Part shown: in pieces, positions 9,466 to 19,262 of the stretch
Layout of the letters: each line of letters begins with the position of its first letter
Position numbering within the stretch: the stretch's first letter is position 1
From: an uncultured Spirochaetota bacterium
GTDB taxonomy: Bacteria > Spirochaetota > UBA4802 > UBA5550
Assembly (NCBI GenBank): GCA_963827275.1
Contig: CAWHAA010000010.1
Span: forward strand, 128,001 to 192,000
DNA: 64,000 nucleotides
Direction: 5' to 3'
Translations under genes and position numbers: made by a program
The notes under the pieces: model-generated
The model's input: only the letters and a program-made list of their open reading frames with translations
Database searches by the model: none
What the model was told of the DNA's origin: nothing

Positions 9466-10617
9466 ATGAAACAACGACAGAAACTCGCGGGCCTCTCCAT
9501 CATGATACTGCTGGCTGCTGCGGTCATATGCGCCGCCCCGGTCGATGCCGCGCCGGCTAAAAAAGCGAATAAAGCCACAGCCGCAAAGCAGACCATCCCC
9601 GATGTTCCGCGCAAAAGGGCCGTCAATGAGTTCACGGACGCATACCAATCGCCGCCGGGCAGCAAGGTCGTCAGGATCTACCACACGGGGAAATTCACCA
9701 GGGGTTACAGGACGAGGGGCGAACAGCGCGTTCCCGTCCAGGTCCACATGATTGCACTGGAAACGCGCCTTACGGACTGCAACATTGTTCTGCGTGACAC
9801 GTGGGAGGTATATTTCTACCGGCTCGAAACGGACTGGATATTCGACGGCTTTTTACAGGTCGCATCCGTACAGCGCACCTGGCCGAAAAAAAAGCACCCT
9901 TCCCTCGCCGACGCGGCCGCGAAGAAACTGATAGCTGACGGCGTCATGGCCCAATACCCGGGCGCCCGGGTACGCGAAGTTACCGTGCTTTCCAGAAAAG
10001 CGGCATGGAAGCTCTGCACTCCGCTCTACCGGGTGAGATCGAAGGTGCTCCTGGGCCTGACGGACGACGTGTACAACACGGTGACGTCGTATGAATGCAT
10101 GGCGGCCTCGGTCATTTCGCTCCGCGACGGTTCATGGGTGCACGACTCGACCGGCTGCGTGTACCGCGGAAAGGAGGTCCCCGACTGCCATATCGGCACC
10201 ATGTGCCGACGGCTCCGGGCTGAAAGCTCCATCCCGGCGATCACTGACGACCGGGCGCTGTCACTCCTCCGCCGGGCATTCGAAGATGAATACGGACTGA
10301 AAAAAAACAATGTCGCCGTGGAGGAATTCGTGATAATCGAACGCCTGCCGCCTGAAAATTACGGGAAGAATATACCCGTCATCGTCCGCGCGAACTTCGT
10401 GATCGACGAGATGAAGGAGAGCGTCACCGGCAGGTCACGGAGCGCGTCCCCGGTGCGCACCGCCTACGAGTGCGCCGTGCACGGCCACCTCCTATACTCC
10501 GCCGGCAGCGGCGAATGGACGGCGACCATCGATTCATGCTGCCCGCCGGGGTCCGGGCGGTGCGGCCATTCCTGCTCGTCCCCGGTGAAAGGCTGCAGGC
10601 GTCTCGGCGAGAAATAG
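9466..10617 (+). CDS. Secreted cysteine-rich hypothetical protein with internal repeats
   Basis: GGAGG RBS, signal peptide, repeated YEC...W...C...CRRL pattern. Confidence 0.75.
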   Translation: MKQRQKLAGLSIMILLAAAVICAAPVDAAPAKKANKATAAKQTIPDVPRKRAVNEFTDAYQSPPGSKVVRIYHTGKFTRGYRTRGEQRVPVQVHMIALETRLTDCNIVLRDTWEVYFYRLETDWIFDGFLQVASVQRTWPKKKHPSLADAAAKKLIADGVMAQYPGARVREVTVLSRKAAWKLCTPLYRVRSKVLLGLTDDVYNTVTSYECMAASVISLRDGSWVHDSTGCVYRGKEVPDCHIGTMCRRLRAESSIPAITDDRALSLLRRAFEDEYGLKKNNVAVEEFVIIERLPPENYGKNIPVIVRANFVIDEMKESVTGRSRSASPVRTAYECAVHGHLLYSAGSGEWTATIDSCCPPGSGRCGHSCSSPVKGCRRLGEK

Positions 10618-10655
10618 CCGCAGCTCCGCTGCCGGGGGCGCCCCACGTCCCGGGG

Positions 10656-11519
10656 CTACTTCATGTTCTTGCGGATCTTTTCAAGCTGGATGCTGTTCTT
10701 CCGTATGCCGAGGACCCGTTCCGGCAGCCCCATGCTGAGGCCCAGGAGCTGGGTGTACAATAGCGCCGGTACCGTCACTGCCTCCCCGGCCGCTTTTTCG
10801 GACGCCTGGACCGCGTCAAACTGCATCTGGCAATAGGTGCACGCGGTACAGATGCAGTCCGCCCCGGATTCCGCCGCGTCACCGACCTTGCTTCGCATGA
10901 GGTCGAGCGAGATGGCGTCGTTCTTTCCCAGGAGCGGGTTCCCGCAGCAATCGAGCCGGCGCGGCCAGTCAACCGGCCGCGCACCGGTCGCCGCTATGAG
11001 TTCTTCGAAGATCGACGGCGCCAGCGGATCGTCGAAATGGACGATCTCGCTGGGACGAAGTGCGTGGCAGCCGTAATGCGCGGCGACGGACACGTCCCCG
11101 AGCGGGATTTTTATGCTGGCGTAGAGCGCCGGCAGGCCGATGTCATCGCAGAGCACCGTCAGCAGGTGCTTCACGCGGATCGTGTTGTTCCACGACAGGC
11201 CCTCTTTCGCAAGCTCGGCGTCGATGGCCCGGCGCAGGCTCTCGTGCTCGTGCAGGTAATGGACGGCGTGCTTCAGCGAGCCGTAGCAGCACTTGCAGGG
11301 CGTGAGGATGTCGAGACGCTTTTTTTCGGCAAGGGCGAGGTTCCTCGCCGCGGAGAGGATGTACGATTCAAAGCTGATGTCGCGGTTCGGGTAGCCGCAG
11401 CAGCCGAAATCGAGGTCCACGAGCTTGACCCTGAATGTCTTCAGAACGGCGCGGGTGGACGTCCCGTACTGTTCGAGATAGAAGGGGATCTTGCATCCTT
11501 TAAAAAAAGCGAATTTCAT
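10656..11519 (-). CDS. hdrB: Heterodisulfide reductase subunit B-like (two CCG domains)
   Basis: GC...CCG...CxxC twice (FKGC/CCG/CKCC and YGCH/CCG/CTYC). Confidence 0.88.
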   Translation of the reverse strand: MKFAFFKGCKIPFYLEQYGTSTRAVLKTFRVKLVDLDFGCCGYPNRDISFESYILSAARNLALAEKKRLDILTPCKCCYGSLKHAVHYLHEHESLRRAIDAELAKEGLSWNNTIRVKHLLTVLCDDIGLPALYASIKIPLGDVSVAAHYGCHALRPSEIVHFDDPLAPSIFEELIAATGARPVDWPRRLDCCGNPLLGKNDAISLDLMRSKVGDAAESGADCICTACTYCQMQFDAVQASEKAAGEAVTVPALLYTQLLGLSMGLPERVLGIRKNSIQLEKIRKNMK

Positions 11520-11561
11520 GGCACCCGTTCCTGGCTGATGGACCGCATGGCTGACCGCCGG

Positions 11562-13295
11562 TCATTCGCATGCGCCGTCACTGGTTTTGTTTCCTTCGCG
11601 GTCAATATGCTTGTAGCGCGCATACGCACGGTTTTTCAGATCGTATATGATTTCAGTCACCCGTATGCCCTGGGGGCAGTTCTCCTGGCACTGGTAACAG
11701 GTCGCGCAGTCCCATACCATCCGGGAGCCCATGGCCAGGTCGTCCAGCCCGAGCCTGAGCAGGTTCATGATTTTCTGCGGCGTGATATCTACCGCGTTCT
11801 CCTGCCCGACCCGCGACGCCACGACCGGGCACACGTTGGTGCAGGTCTGGCACTGGATGCAGTGCGCGAATACCGAGGAATCGGCGGTGAGGTTGTAGTA
11901 GCGCCCCTTCACGGCGCCGGCTTCCGCCGCTGCACCCCGCATCGAGACGGCCCTGTCGGACCACTCGGACGAGCTGAACTTTTTTATCCAGACATGCGGC
12001 AGGGGAAATCCCCGTTCCGCGAGGAGCTCTTTCGATGCGGCCCACTGGTCCTGCAGGTTGATGCCGGCCGGGCATACCTCGGTGCATTTAAAGCACGAGG
12101 TGCAGGCAAACGCGCCCTCCGAGATACGCTGCATCTCCGCGGCATCAATCGCCGCTCCCGAAGCCAGCCGGCGCACCGTTCGCAGCTTGTCCATCGGGAG
12201 CACCTCCCGGTTATGCATCATCCTGAACAGCGGGGCGACGGAACAATGCCTGCTGCAGGTGCCGCAGGCGGTACAGGCATCAAGTTCAAGCGCCCTCCGC
12301 GGCATCGCGGCGGCACCTCCCGCCCGCTTTTTATCAGACATGCCGTTGACCAGTATGCTGAGGGGATCGGTGACAAGATGGAACATCTTGCTGAAGGGGA
12401 GGTATGCCAGGCCGATAAAGCAGGCAAGCACGTGTATGTAGTAGAGTATGAGATCGGCCTTGACCGCGTCCATGGACGCGGCCGCGGGCTTCATGGCGCG
12501 TGCGACGGAAAAAGAGACAAACGCGGTCCGTGTCGGTGAATGGCACGCGGAGCAGCTCTGTTCGTTCAGTTCCCTCCCTCTCGTCACCAGGACGCCGGGC
12601 AGTGCCGCCTTCATGCCGGAAAATACGGCGCCGTATTCCTCCGACCAGAAGGCCCTGAGGGCTTCTTCATCCCCGGGCCCGCCCGCGGGAGAATAGTCCT
12701 TCATCATTCTGTTGAATACGCGTTCCGACGTCATCTTCGCGCTCTCGACGAGAAAGCCCGTCGTGATGATCACCGCGAGCAGGATGATCGCGTAGCGGTC
12801 CGCATATCTCGTCGCCAGCATGGGGCCGCGGAGCCGGATGCGCCGGTAGACGGCGATCATCACCCCGATGACGACCATGAGGCCGAAGATGTTTCTCAGG
12901 GACTGGAACGGGTCGATCGTCGAATAATAGCCGTCAAATATTTTTTTCGTAACCAGCTCGTCCATGGCGTGCATGAGGAGCAGGAGGGTAAAGCCGGCAA
13001 AGAGACAAAAATGCATGAGCCAGCGGGAGAAATCGGTCCGGATGATCCTTGTCTGGAGAAACACATCGAGGAAAAACAGCTTGAAGAAGCGAAAGATCTT
13101 CAGGCTGAAGAACGAGGCTAAAAATCCCCTGAGCGCCGCCGCGAATCTCGCCGGCACCGGCGTTCTTCCCGCACGGGGCCCGGTTTCGATAAAGAACCAG
13201 CGGAGCGCGCGGACAAGGATACCGGTCGCGCACACGCCGATCGAAAGATACAGGCACAGGTAAAGGAATGTAGAGCCGAGCAGCGGTTCCAGCAT
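11562..13295 (-). CDS. Membrane cytochrome b (NarI/HmeC-like) with CxxCH, fused to two 2[4Fe-4S] HdrC-like domains
   Basis: Several TM helices with His pairs, CSACH, four CxxCxxCxxxC motifs; ATG overlaps the glpB stop (TAATG). Confidence 0.85.
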   Translation of the reverse strand: MLEPLLGSTFLYLCLYLSIGVCATGILVRALRWFFIETGPRAGRTPVPARFAAALRGFLASFFSLKIFRFFKLFFLDVFLQTRIIRTDFSRWLMHFCLFAGFTLLLLMHAMDELVTKKIFDGYYSTIDPFQSLRNIFGLMVVIGVMIAVYRRIRLRGPMLATRYADRYAIILLAVIITTGFLVESAKMTSERVFNRMMKDYSPAGGPGDEEALRAFWSEEYGAVFSGMKAALPGVLVTRGRELNEQSCSACHSPTRTAFVSFSVARAMKPAAASMDAVKADLILYYIHVLACFIGLAYLPFSKMFHLVTDPLSILVNGMSDKKRAGGAAAMPRRALELDACTACGTCSRHCSVAPLFRMMHNREVLPMDKLRTVRRLASGAAIDAAEMQRISEGAFACTSCFKCTEVCPAGINLQDQWAASKELLAERGFPLPHVWIKKFSSSEWSDRAVSMRGAAAEAGAVKGRYYNLTADSSVFAHCIQCQTCTNVCPVVASRVGQENAVDITPQKIMNLLRLGLDDLAMGSRMVWDCATCYQCQENCPQGIRVTEIIYDLKNRAYARYKHIDREGNKTSDGACE

Positions 13296-14620
13296 TACTT
13301 GTTCTCCCCGTCTGATTTTGCGATGGTACTGATACAGGCATTGACCGCCGCGTAGGCGGTCGCGACCGCCAGCCCCGAACCGCATTTCATCCTCATCCAG
13401 TCCTGGTGCGCCAGTATTGAGCCGGCGGCGAACAGGTTCCCGTGCACGACATTCCCCGCCCCGTCAACGGGCCGGAAGCATTCATCGACCTCCACGCCGG
13501 CCCTGTTGACCGGGTGCCCTCCCCGGTAGAGGAACTCCTGGTGGTGCCATGCGGGCCTTCCATCCGGCTGATGGAGCGGGAGGCCGAAAATCGGCTCGTG
13601 GATCCGTTCCCTGTCCGAGACGAGCCCCTTCCCCATGAAGCGCCCCGTGGCGAGAATGACCGCCCGGGCCTGTATCAGCACGGCCCCGTCATCGCCGCCG
13701 ATCGCAAGCAGGAAGTTCCCGTTGTCCATGCGATCGACCGATTCCACGCGCTTGTCAATCAGCCGCAGGAGGCCCCTGCGCGGCAGTGCCGAATCGAACA
13801 CCTCTTTCAGCCGGAACCCGGGGACCGACGCGGGCATCATCGGGATTTCGAACACCGGGACGCCGAGCAGCTTTTTAAGGTGCTCCAGGATGACCGGTGT
13901 CCTCTTGATGCCCAGCACCGCGGGGAACCCGACATACCACGCGTCGCCGATCTCTGGTTTTATTGCCTCCGCCAGCGCCTCCCTGACGCCGGACAGCTCC
14001 AGCGCCCGCGCCAGGTGCGCGGCATGCACCTCGTTCCGCCCCTCGGTGCCCGGGAAAAGGACGCGGAGGGTGCGGAGCGCCGGCCATTCGCCGCTGAGCG
14101 CCGACGCGATCTGCCGCGCGCTGAATTCCTTGAGCCCCCTGAAATCGACAATCAGGCACGGGTCCTTCCGCTCAAGGGCATCCACGCAGTGCCACATCGA
14201 TTCAGGGACGCAATAGGTGTCCTTCACGGTGCCCATCGATGTAATGACCTGGAGGTTGCGGCCTTTATCGCAGCGGAACGTCATCCCCTCGTTGCCCAGG
14301 AACCCGGTGAATTCCTCGAACGCGGCGTTGATGTCTTCATTGCTCACGCGGACGTACGGATGGCGCGAGCCGTCGCCGCGCATGCGGTCAATGGCTTCCC
14401 ACGGGTTCCGCCACTGTTTCTTTTCCTCGAGCGGATACACGCCCATCAGGTCAAGGAGCCCGCTGGTGAAAAGGGTCCCTCCCGCGCTCCCTGCCTGGAC
14501 GGTCGAGAGCTTTCGGTCCACGGCAAAAAGTGAGGCGGCCATGCCGGAGATGCCCGAACCGATGACCATGACGTCAAAGACATGCGTGGGATCGTAGTTG
14601 TGCGATTTCGGCAGCGTCAT
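13295..14620 (-). CDS. glpB: Anaerobic glycerol-3-phosphate dehydrogenase subunit B
   Basis: DVMVIGSGISG, FPAVLG, PASVPGFRL, LATGRFMGKGL, NLFAAGSIL, CGSGLA. Confidence 0.92.
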   Translation of the reverse strand: MTLPKSHNYDPTHVFDVMVIGSGISGMAASLFAVDRKLSTVQAGSAGGTLFTSGLLDLMGVYPLEEKKQWRNPWEAIDRMRGDGSRHPYVRVSNEDINAAFEEFTGFLGNEGMTFRCDKGRNLQVITSMGTVKDTYCVPESMWHCVDALERKDPCLIVDFRGLKEFSARQIASALSGEWPALRTLRVLFPGTEGRNEVHAAHLARALELSGVREALAEAIKPEIGDAWYVGFPAVLGIKRTPVILEHLKKLLGVPVFEIPMMPASVPGFRLKEVFDSALPRRGLLRLIDKRVESVDRMDNGNFLLAIGGDDGAVLIQARAVILATGRFMGKGLVSDRERIHEPIFGLPLHQPDGRPAWHHQEFLYRGGHPVNRAGVEVDECFRPVDGAGNVVHGNLFAAGSILAHQDWMRMKCGSGLAVATAYAAVNACISTIAKSDGENK

Positions 14621-14635
14621 GCGCGGTCGCTCTCC

Positions 14636-16189
14636 TCATTTATCCGGCGTGTATAATTCTTCATCGAACAGGCCGCAGTGGATCGACTCCATCAGCTCCG
14701 CCTGTATAAGCTGGTCGCCCCAGAGGATCGAATGGATCCCCTTCCAGCGTTCCTGGTAAAATTTTCCGATATCCACAAGGCCGTCAAGGCCTTCATACTC
14801 GCCGCGCTCGTAGAGATAGGCGAGCGCCCGTGGCCCGCAAAACGCGCCCTGGCAGGCGCCCCGCCCCAGCCGGGTCCTCATGCATATGTCGATGAGCCCC
14901 GGCCGTTCGTTGTTGGCCTTCAGCGATTCCCGTATTTCGTCGATCGCCGTCTTCGTCACCATTTCGCACTCGCAGATCACGATGTCATCCGGCTCATGCG
15001 AGCGCATCCACCGCTTCGGCGAGATCCCCGGCTCGGTCCACCGGCAGTCGTCAAGGACCGGGAGCGGCTCTGTCCTGGTGCGGCAGGGGGCGGTGATCCC
15101 CATCTTTTTGCATACCAGGTCGGCCGTCCTCTCGGCCATCAGCCTGAAGGTGGTAAGCTTCCCGCCGGTGATGGTGGTGAAATTTTCGATGTTTTCGCCG
15201 GAATGATCGAGAAGCGCGAAGCCGCGGCTTACGGCCCTGCCGTCCCCGCTCCCCTTGCCGAACAGGGGCCGTACGCCGCAGTAGGCGCGGACAAACCTGC
15301 TCCGCTCGAGTACCGGCACCATGGCGGCCCCTTCCCTCACGATGTGGTCGGTCTCCCCGACCGTCGGGTACACCGCGTCCGGGTCTTCAACCGGCGTGGA
15401 GGTGGTGCCCAGTATTGAAACGGTCCCGCCCGGGACAAGGATATCGGCGTCCGAGGGACGCCGGAGGCGGTTGATAATCCGGTAATTGATCCTGTCATTC
15501 GTGACGAGGAGGGTCCCCTTGGAATAGGTCATGGGGATATCAATGCCGGCCAGCCGCGAAACCTGCCCTGCCCAGGCGCCGGCGGCGTTGACCACCTGCT
15601 CCGCTTCTATGAAGTATTCTTCACCGGAATCGATGTTCCGCACCCGTACCCGCGCAATGGCGGCATCATGCAGCTCAAAGCCCGTGACTTTCGTTCTTCT
15701 CAAAAGCCGTGAACCGAGTGAGACCGCCTGCGTCATGTTGAGAAGAGTCAGCTTGAAGGGATCTATTGACGCGTCTTCAACCCTGTAGGCCGCGATGACC
15801 TTTTCAGAGAGGGCCGGCTCAAGGAAGCAGGCCTCTTCCGGTGAGATCTGCTCGCTGGGCACACCGCACCGGGCGCAGTATGCCGGGTATTCCGCGATGA
15901 AGCGCTCATCATCGCCCTCAACGGCAACGAATATCCCGCCCGTGTCTTCCACGCACTGCGGCATCAGGCGCTTTATGATGTCGCCTTCCTGCTTGCATTC
16001 ACGCGCCGCTTCCTGGTCGTTTGACACATAGCGCCCGCCGCTGTGGAGCAGGCCATGGTTCCCGCCGGACGCGCCCGCGTTAAGGTCCCCTTTTTCCACA
16101 AGGATACTACGGACCCCGCGCAGCGCGAGGTCCCGTGCAATTGCGGTCCCCGTTGCGCCGCCGCCGATTATGAGCACCTGTGTCTGCAC
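14636..16189 (-). CDS. glpA: Anaerobic glycerol-3-phosphate dehydrogenase subunit A
   Basis: IIGGGATG, GASGGNHGLLHSGGRY, ITGGKLTTFR, C-terminal CECE...RLGRGACQGAFC. Confidence 0.94.
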   Translation of the reverse strand: MQTQVLIIGGGATGTAIARDLALRGVRSILVEKGDLNAGASGGNHGLLHSGGRYVSNDQEAARECKQEGDIIKRLMPQCVEDTGGIFVAVEGDDERFIAEYPAYCARCGVPSEQISPEEACFLEPALSEKVIAAYRVEDASIDPFKLTLLNMTQAVSLGSRLLRRTKVTGFELHDAAIARVRVRNIDSGEEYFIEAEQVVNAAGAWAGQVSRLAGIDIPMTYSKGTLLVTNDRINYRIINRLRRPSDADILVPGGTVSILGTTSTPVEDPDAVYPTVGETDHIVREGAAMVPVLERSRFVRAYCGVRPLFGKGSGDGRAVSRGFALLDHSGENIENFTTITGGKLTTFRLMAERTADLVCKKMGITAPCRTRTEPLPVLDDCRWTEPGISPKRWMRSHEPDDIVICECEMVTKTAIDEIRESLKANNERPGLIDICMRTRLGRGACQGAFCGPRALAYLYERGEYEGLDGLVDIGKFYQERWKGIHSILWGDQLIQAELMESIHCGLFDEELYTPDK

Positions 16190-16371
16190 TGTCCCGTCCC
16201 TGTCTTCGTGGTGTATCAGGAACCGCGCCCGTAAGCGCCGCCCGGCTCCTCTGGTGATTAAATAGTAGAATTATATATGCTGAAATTGGCAAGTGATAAT
16301 TCAATAATAATAATGGAATCGTACATTTTTTTTATTCAAATTGAAACAGGAAATCATTCATGATATTCTTT

Positions 16372-16400
16372 TTGACAAAAATTATCGTATGCCCTAAAAT
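16372..16400 (+). promoter_or_regulatory. Sigma70-type promoter for yjbQ-tatD
   Basis: TTGACA-N17-TAAAAT, 43 nt before the ATG at 16444. Confidence 0.7.
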
Positions 16401-16443
16401 ACATATTAATAAAATTACTCAGGGAAATACCGGGAGCGCCGCC

Positions 16444-16863
16444 ATGAAGTCATTGACAGAACACCTCGTATTCAACACGAAAACCCGAAGGGAATATATC
16501 AACATTACCGATACGGTGGAAAAGCTGGTGAAAAAAAGCGGCGTCATGGAAGGCCTCTGCCTCGTGAACGCCATGCATATCACCGCGTCGGTATACATCA
16601 ACGACGCGGAGAGCGGCCTTCTCCGCGACTTCGATGATTTCCTTGAACGCCTTGCGCCGCACGAACCGGTGTCCGGCTATCGCCACAACAGAACGGGCGA
16701 GGACAACGGCGACGCACATATCAAGAGGACCATCATGGGCAGGGAAGTGGTCGTTGCGATCACCGCCGGCAAGCTCGATTTCGGCCCCTGGGAGCAGATC
16801 TATTACGGCGAATTCGACGGCGGCCGCCCGAAGCGGGTGCTGGTCAAAATAATAGGGGAATGA
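16444..16863 (+). CDS. yjbQ: YjbQ family (secondary thiamine-phosphate synthase) protein
   Basis: [36 protein letters not shown]. Confidence 0.92.
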   Translation: MKSLTEHLVFNTKTRREYINITDTVEKLVKKSGVMEGLCLVNAMHITASVYINDAESGLLRDFDDFLERLAPHEPVSGYRHNRTGEDNGDAHIKRTIMGREVVVAITAGKLDFGPWEQIYYGEFDGGRPKRVLVKIIGE

Positions 16864-16866
16864 TCC

Positions 16867-17637
16867 ATGCGGATCGTTGATGCGCACTGCCACCTTGAAA
16901 GCGGACATTTCAGCCGGGACCTTGACGGCATCATGGCGCTCGCGCGCGGCGCAGGCATCGTGAAGCTGATCACCGCATCAATCGAGCCGGGGCAGTGGCC
17001 GCAATCGAGGGAGCTGGCACGGCGCTACCCTGAAATTGAATTCGCCATGGGAATACATCCCTGGTATATCAGGAAGGAGTATAGCGGCGATATTCCCGCG
17101 CTTGCCGGGGCGAAAGCCCTCGGCGCGGCTGCCATCGGTGAGATTGGGCTGGACAGGAAGAGCGAAATCGTCCCCTTCGATCTTCAAACGGTTTTTTTCG
17201 AGCAGCAGCTCGCCATCGCGCGCGAGACCGGCCTGCCGGTGGTCATTCACTGCCGGGGGGCCTTCAACGAGCTGCTCCTCTCCCTGAAGCGGGTCGGCCC
17301 CCCCGCGGCGGGCGGCATCATACATTCCTTTTCCGGGAGCCCGGAGCTGGCCGAAGATCTCATGCGGTACGGGCTGAGCTTCTCCATGGGGGGCACCCTT
17401 ACCTTCCACAACAGCAAAAAAAGAGCGGCCGTGCTCAAGAAAATCTATCCCGGGCACTTCCTGTTGGAGACAGACAGCCCGGACATCCCGCCCGTGCAAA
17501 AGCATGGCGAGATAAACTATCCCCACTATATAACGTACAATCTCCAGGCGGCGGCTGAAATCATGGGGGAATCGATCGAGGCGGTCGCGGAGCAGACGAC
17601 GGGAAACGCCGCGCGCATTTTCAGTCTGAAATTATGA
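16867..17637 (+). CDS. tatD: TatD family hydrolase
   Basis: DAHCH, GIHP, IGEIGLD, IHCR, HSFSG, LETDSP. Confidence 0.93.
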   Translation: MRIVDAHCHLESGHFSRDLDGIMALARGAGIVKLITASIEPGQWPQSRELARRYPEIEFAMGIHPWYIRKEYSGDIPALAGAKALGAAAIGEIGLDRKSEIVPFDLQTVFFEQQLAIARETGLPVVIHCRGAFNELLLSLKRVGPPAAGGIIHSFSGSPELAEDLMRYGLSFSMGGTLTFHNSKKRAAVLKKIYPGHFLLETDSPDIPPVQKHGEINYPHYITYNLQAAAEIMGESIEAVAEQTTGNAARIFSLKL

Positions 17638-17667
17638 AACCCACCCGCCGTGCCGGCGGGGACGGCG

Positions 17668-18990
17668 TCAGTTCCTGCCTATTGAATAATATGAGAAGCC
17701 CATCTCCTTCATCTTCTCCGGTTCGTACTGGTTCCTGCCGTCGAAAATGACAGGGGCCTTCATAAGGGACTTCATCTTGTCGAAATCAGGTTTTCTGAAA
17801 TGGTGCCATTCGGTCAGGAGCAGCAGCGCGTCCACCCCCTTGAGCGCGTCGTAGTTGTTCTTGACGTACTCAATTCTCTCGTCGCCGATCATCCTGCGCG
17901 CGTTTTCGACCGCGATCGGGTCATAGGCCTTGAAGGAAGCCCCGCGCGTGCGGAGCCCGTTTATGATGTCGATGGCAGGGGCCTCGCGCATGTCATCGGT
18001 CTGCGGCTTGAACGCCAGGCCCCATACGGCGAAGGTTTTGCCGGCGAGGTTCTCGCCCATGTGCTTGATTACCCGGTCGACAAAATAGGCGCGCTGGAGC
18101 TTATTGACGGACTCGACTGCCGAAAGTATCCGGGCCTCGAAGCCGTAATCCTTGAGCGTGTATATAAGCGCCTTGACGTCTTTCGGGAAGCAGGAACCGC
18201 CGTACCCGATCCCGCCGTACAGAAACGCGTTCCCGATCCTGCTGTCGGAGCCGATGCCGCGCCGGACGCTCTCTATGTCGGCGCCGGTCACCTCGCAGAG
18301 GTGGGCCAGCTCGTTCATGAAGCTGATCCGCGTGGCAAGCATCGCGTTGGCCGCGTATTTCGTCAGCTCCGCCGAGGGTATGTCCATCAGCATCACCCGG
18401 TCGCCCTTGCGCACGAAGGTGGAATAGAGGTCGCGCATATGCTCCGCGGCCCGCTCGTTATCGGCGCCGATGATGACGCGGTCGGGCCGTATAAAGTCCT
18501 CAACCGCGTTTCCCTCCTTGAGGAACTCCGGGTTCGATACGACGTCAAACGCAACGTCGGTCCTGCCCCGCTTCTCAAGCTCTTCACGGACCGCCTGGCG
18601 CACCTTTTCCGCGGTGCCGACCGGGACGGTTGATTTATCGACGATGATCAGGTATTTTTCCATGCACCTGCCGATCTGCCGCGCGACCTCGATAACATGC
18701 TGCAGGTCAGCGGAGCCGTCCTCATCGGACGGCGTCCCGACCGCGATGAAGGCGTACAGGGATTCTTTGATCCCCTCGGTCAGGTTCGTGGTGAACCTCA
18801 AACGGCCTTCAGCATAATTCCGTTTAACCATCTCCTCCAGGCCCGGCTCGAATATCGGCAGTATGCCCTTCTTCAGGTCCTGGATCTTCTTCTCGTCTAT
18901 GTCGATGCACCAGACGTCGTTGCCCATGTCGGCAAAGCAGGTCCCGGTAACGAGGCCGACATACCCGGTGCCGATAACTGATAGTTTCAT
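17668..18990 (-). CDS. ugd: UDP-glucose 6-dehydrogenase
   Basis: IGTGYVG, KSTVPVG, SNPEFLKEG, GYGGSCFPKD, GLAFKP.TDD.RE. Confidence 0.95.
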   Translation of the reverse strand: MKLSVIGTGYVGLVTGTCFADMGNDVWCIDIDEKKIQDLKKGILPIFEPGLEEMVKRNYAEGRLRFTTNLTEGIKESLYAFIAVGTPSDEDGSADLQHVIEVARQIGRCMEKYLIIVDKSTVPVGTAEKVRQAVREELEKRGRTDVAFDVVSNPEFLKEGNAVEDFIRPDRVIIGADNERAAEHMRDLYSTFVRKGDRVMLMDIPSAELTKYAANAMLATRISFMNELAHLCEVTGADIESVRRGIGSDSRIGNAFLYGGIGYGGSCFPKDVKALIYTLKDYGFEARILSAVESVNKLQRAYFVDRVIKHMGENLAGKTFAVWGLAFKPQTDDMREAPAIDIINGLRTRGASFKAYDPIAVENARRMIGDERIEYVKNNYDALKGVDALLLLTEWHHFRKPDFDKMKSLMKAPVIFDGRNQYEPEKMKEMGFSYYSIGRN

Positions 18991-19205
18991 TTTAATCTCC
19001 GGAAAAATTATTAAATCATGGAACGCCGAATTATGACGTGTGATAATTGCTGACCGCAATTCGCACGGCGCGTCCCGCGCAGGTACGATTTACAGAATAA
19101 GATAAAAAGTTTTCCGCCGTTACGTGTCAACACATTAATATTATTTAACCGGGACGGAAGCATGATCGACCCGCCGATGACCATGCCGGCCCGGCATGAA
19201 TACAG

Positions 19206-19233
19206 AAAATGCCGCTTTTTCAGGGCGGCATTT
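19206..19233 (-). terminator. Intrinsic terminator
   Basis: AAATGCCGC...GCGGCATTT stem just downstream of the 19263-19958 gene. Confidence 0.6.
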
Positions 19234-19262
19234 GCTTTGCTGATGTCCCGGCAAGACGCCAG

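Noticed and set aside
11037..12539. 500-aa plus-strand ORF and many other long antisense or alternate-frame ORFs
   Set aside because: Shadows of well-supported genes in GC-rich DNA; no motifs
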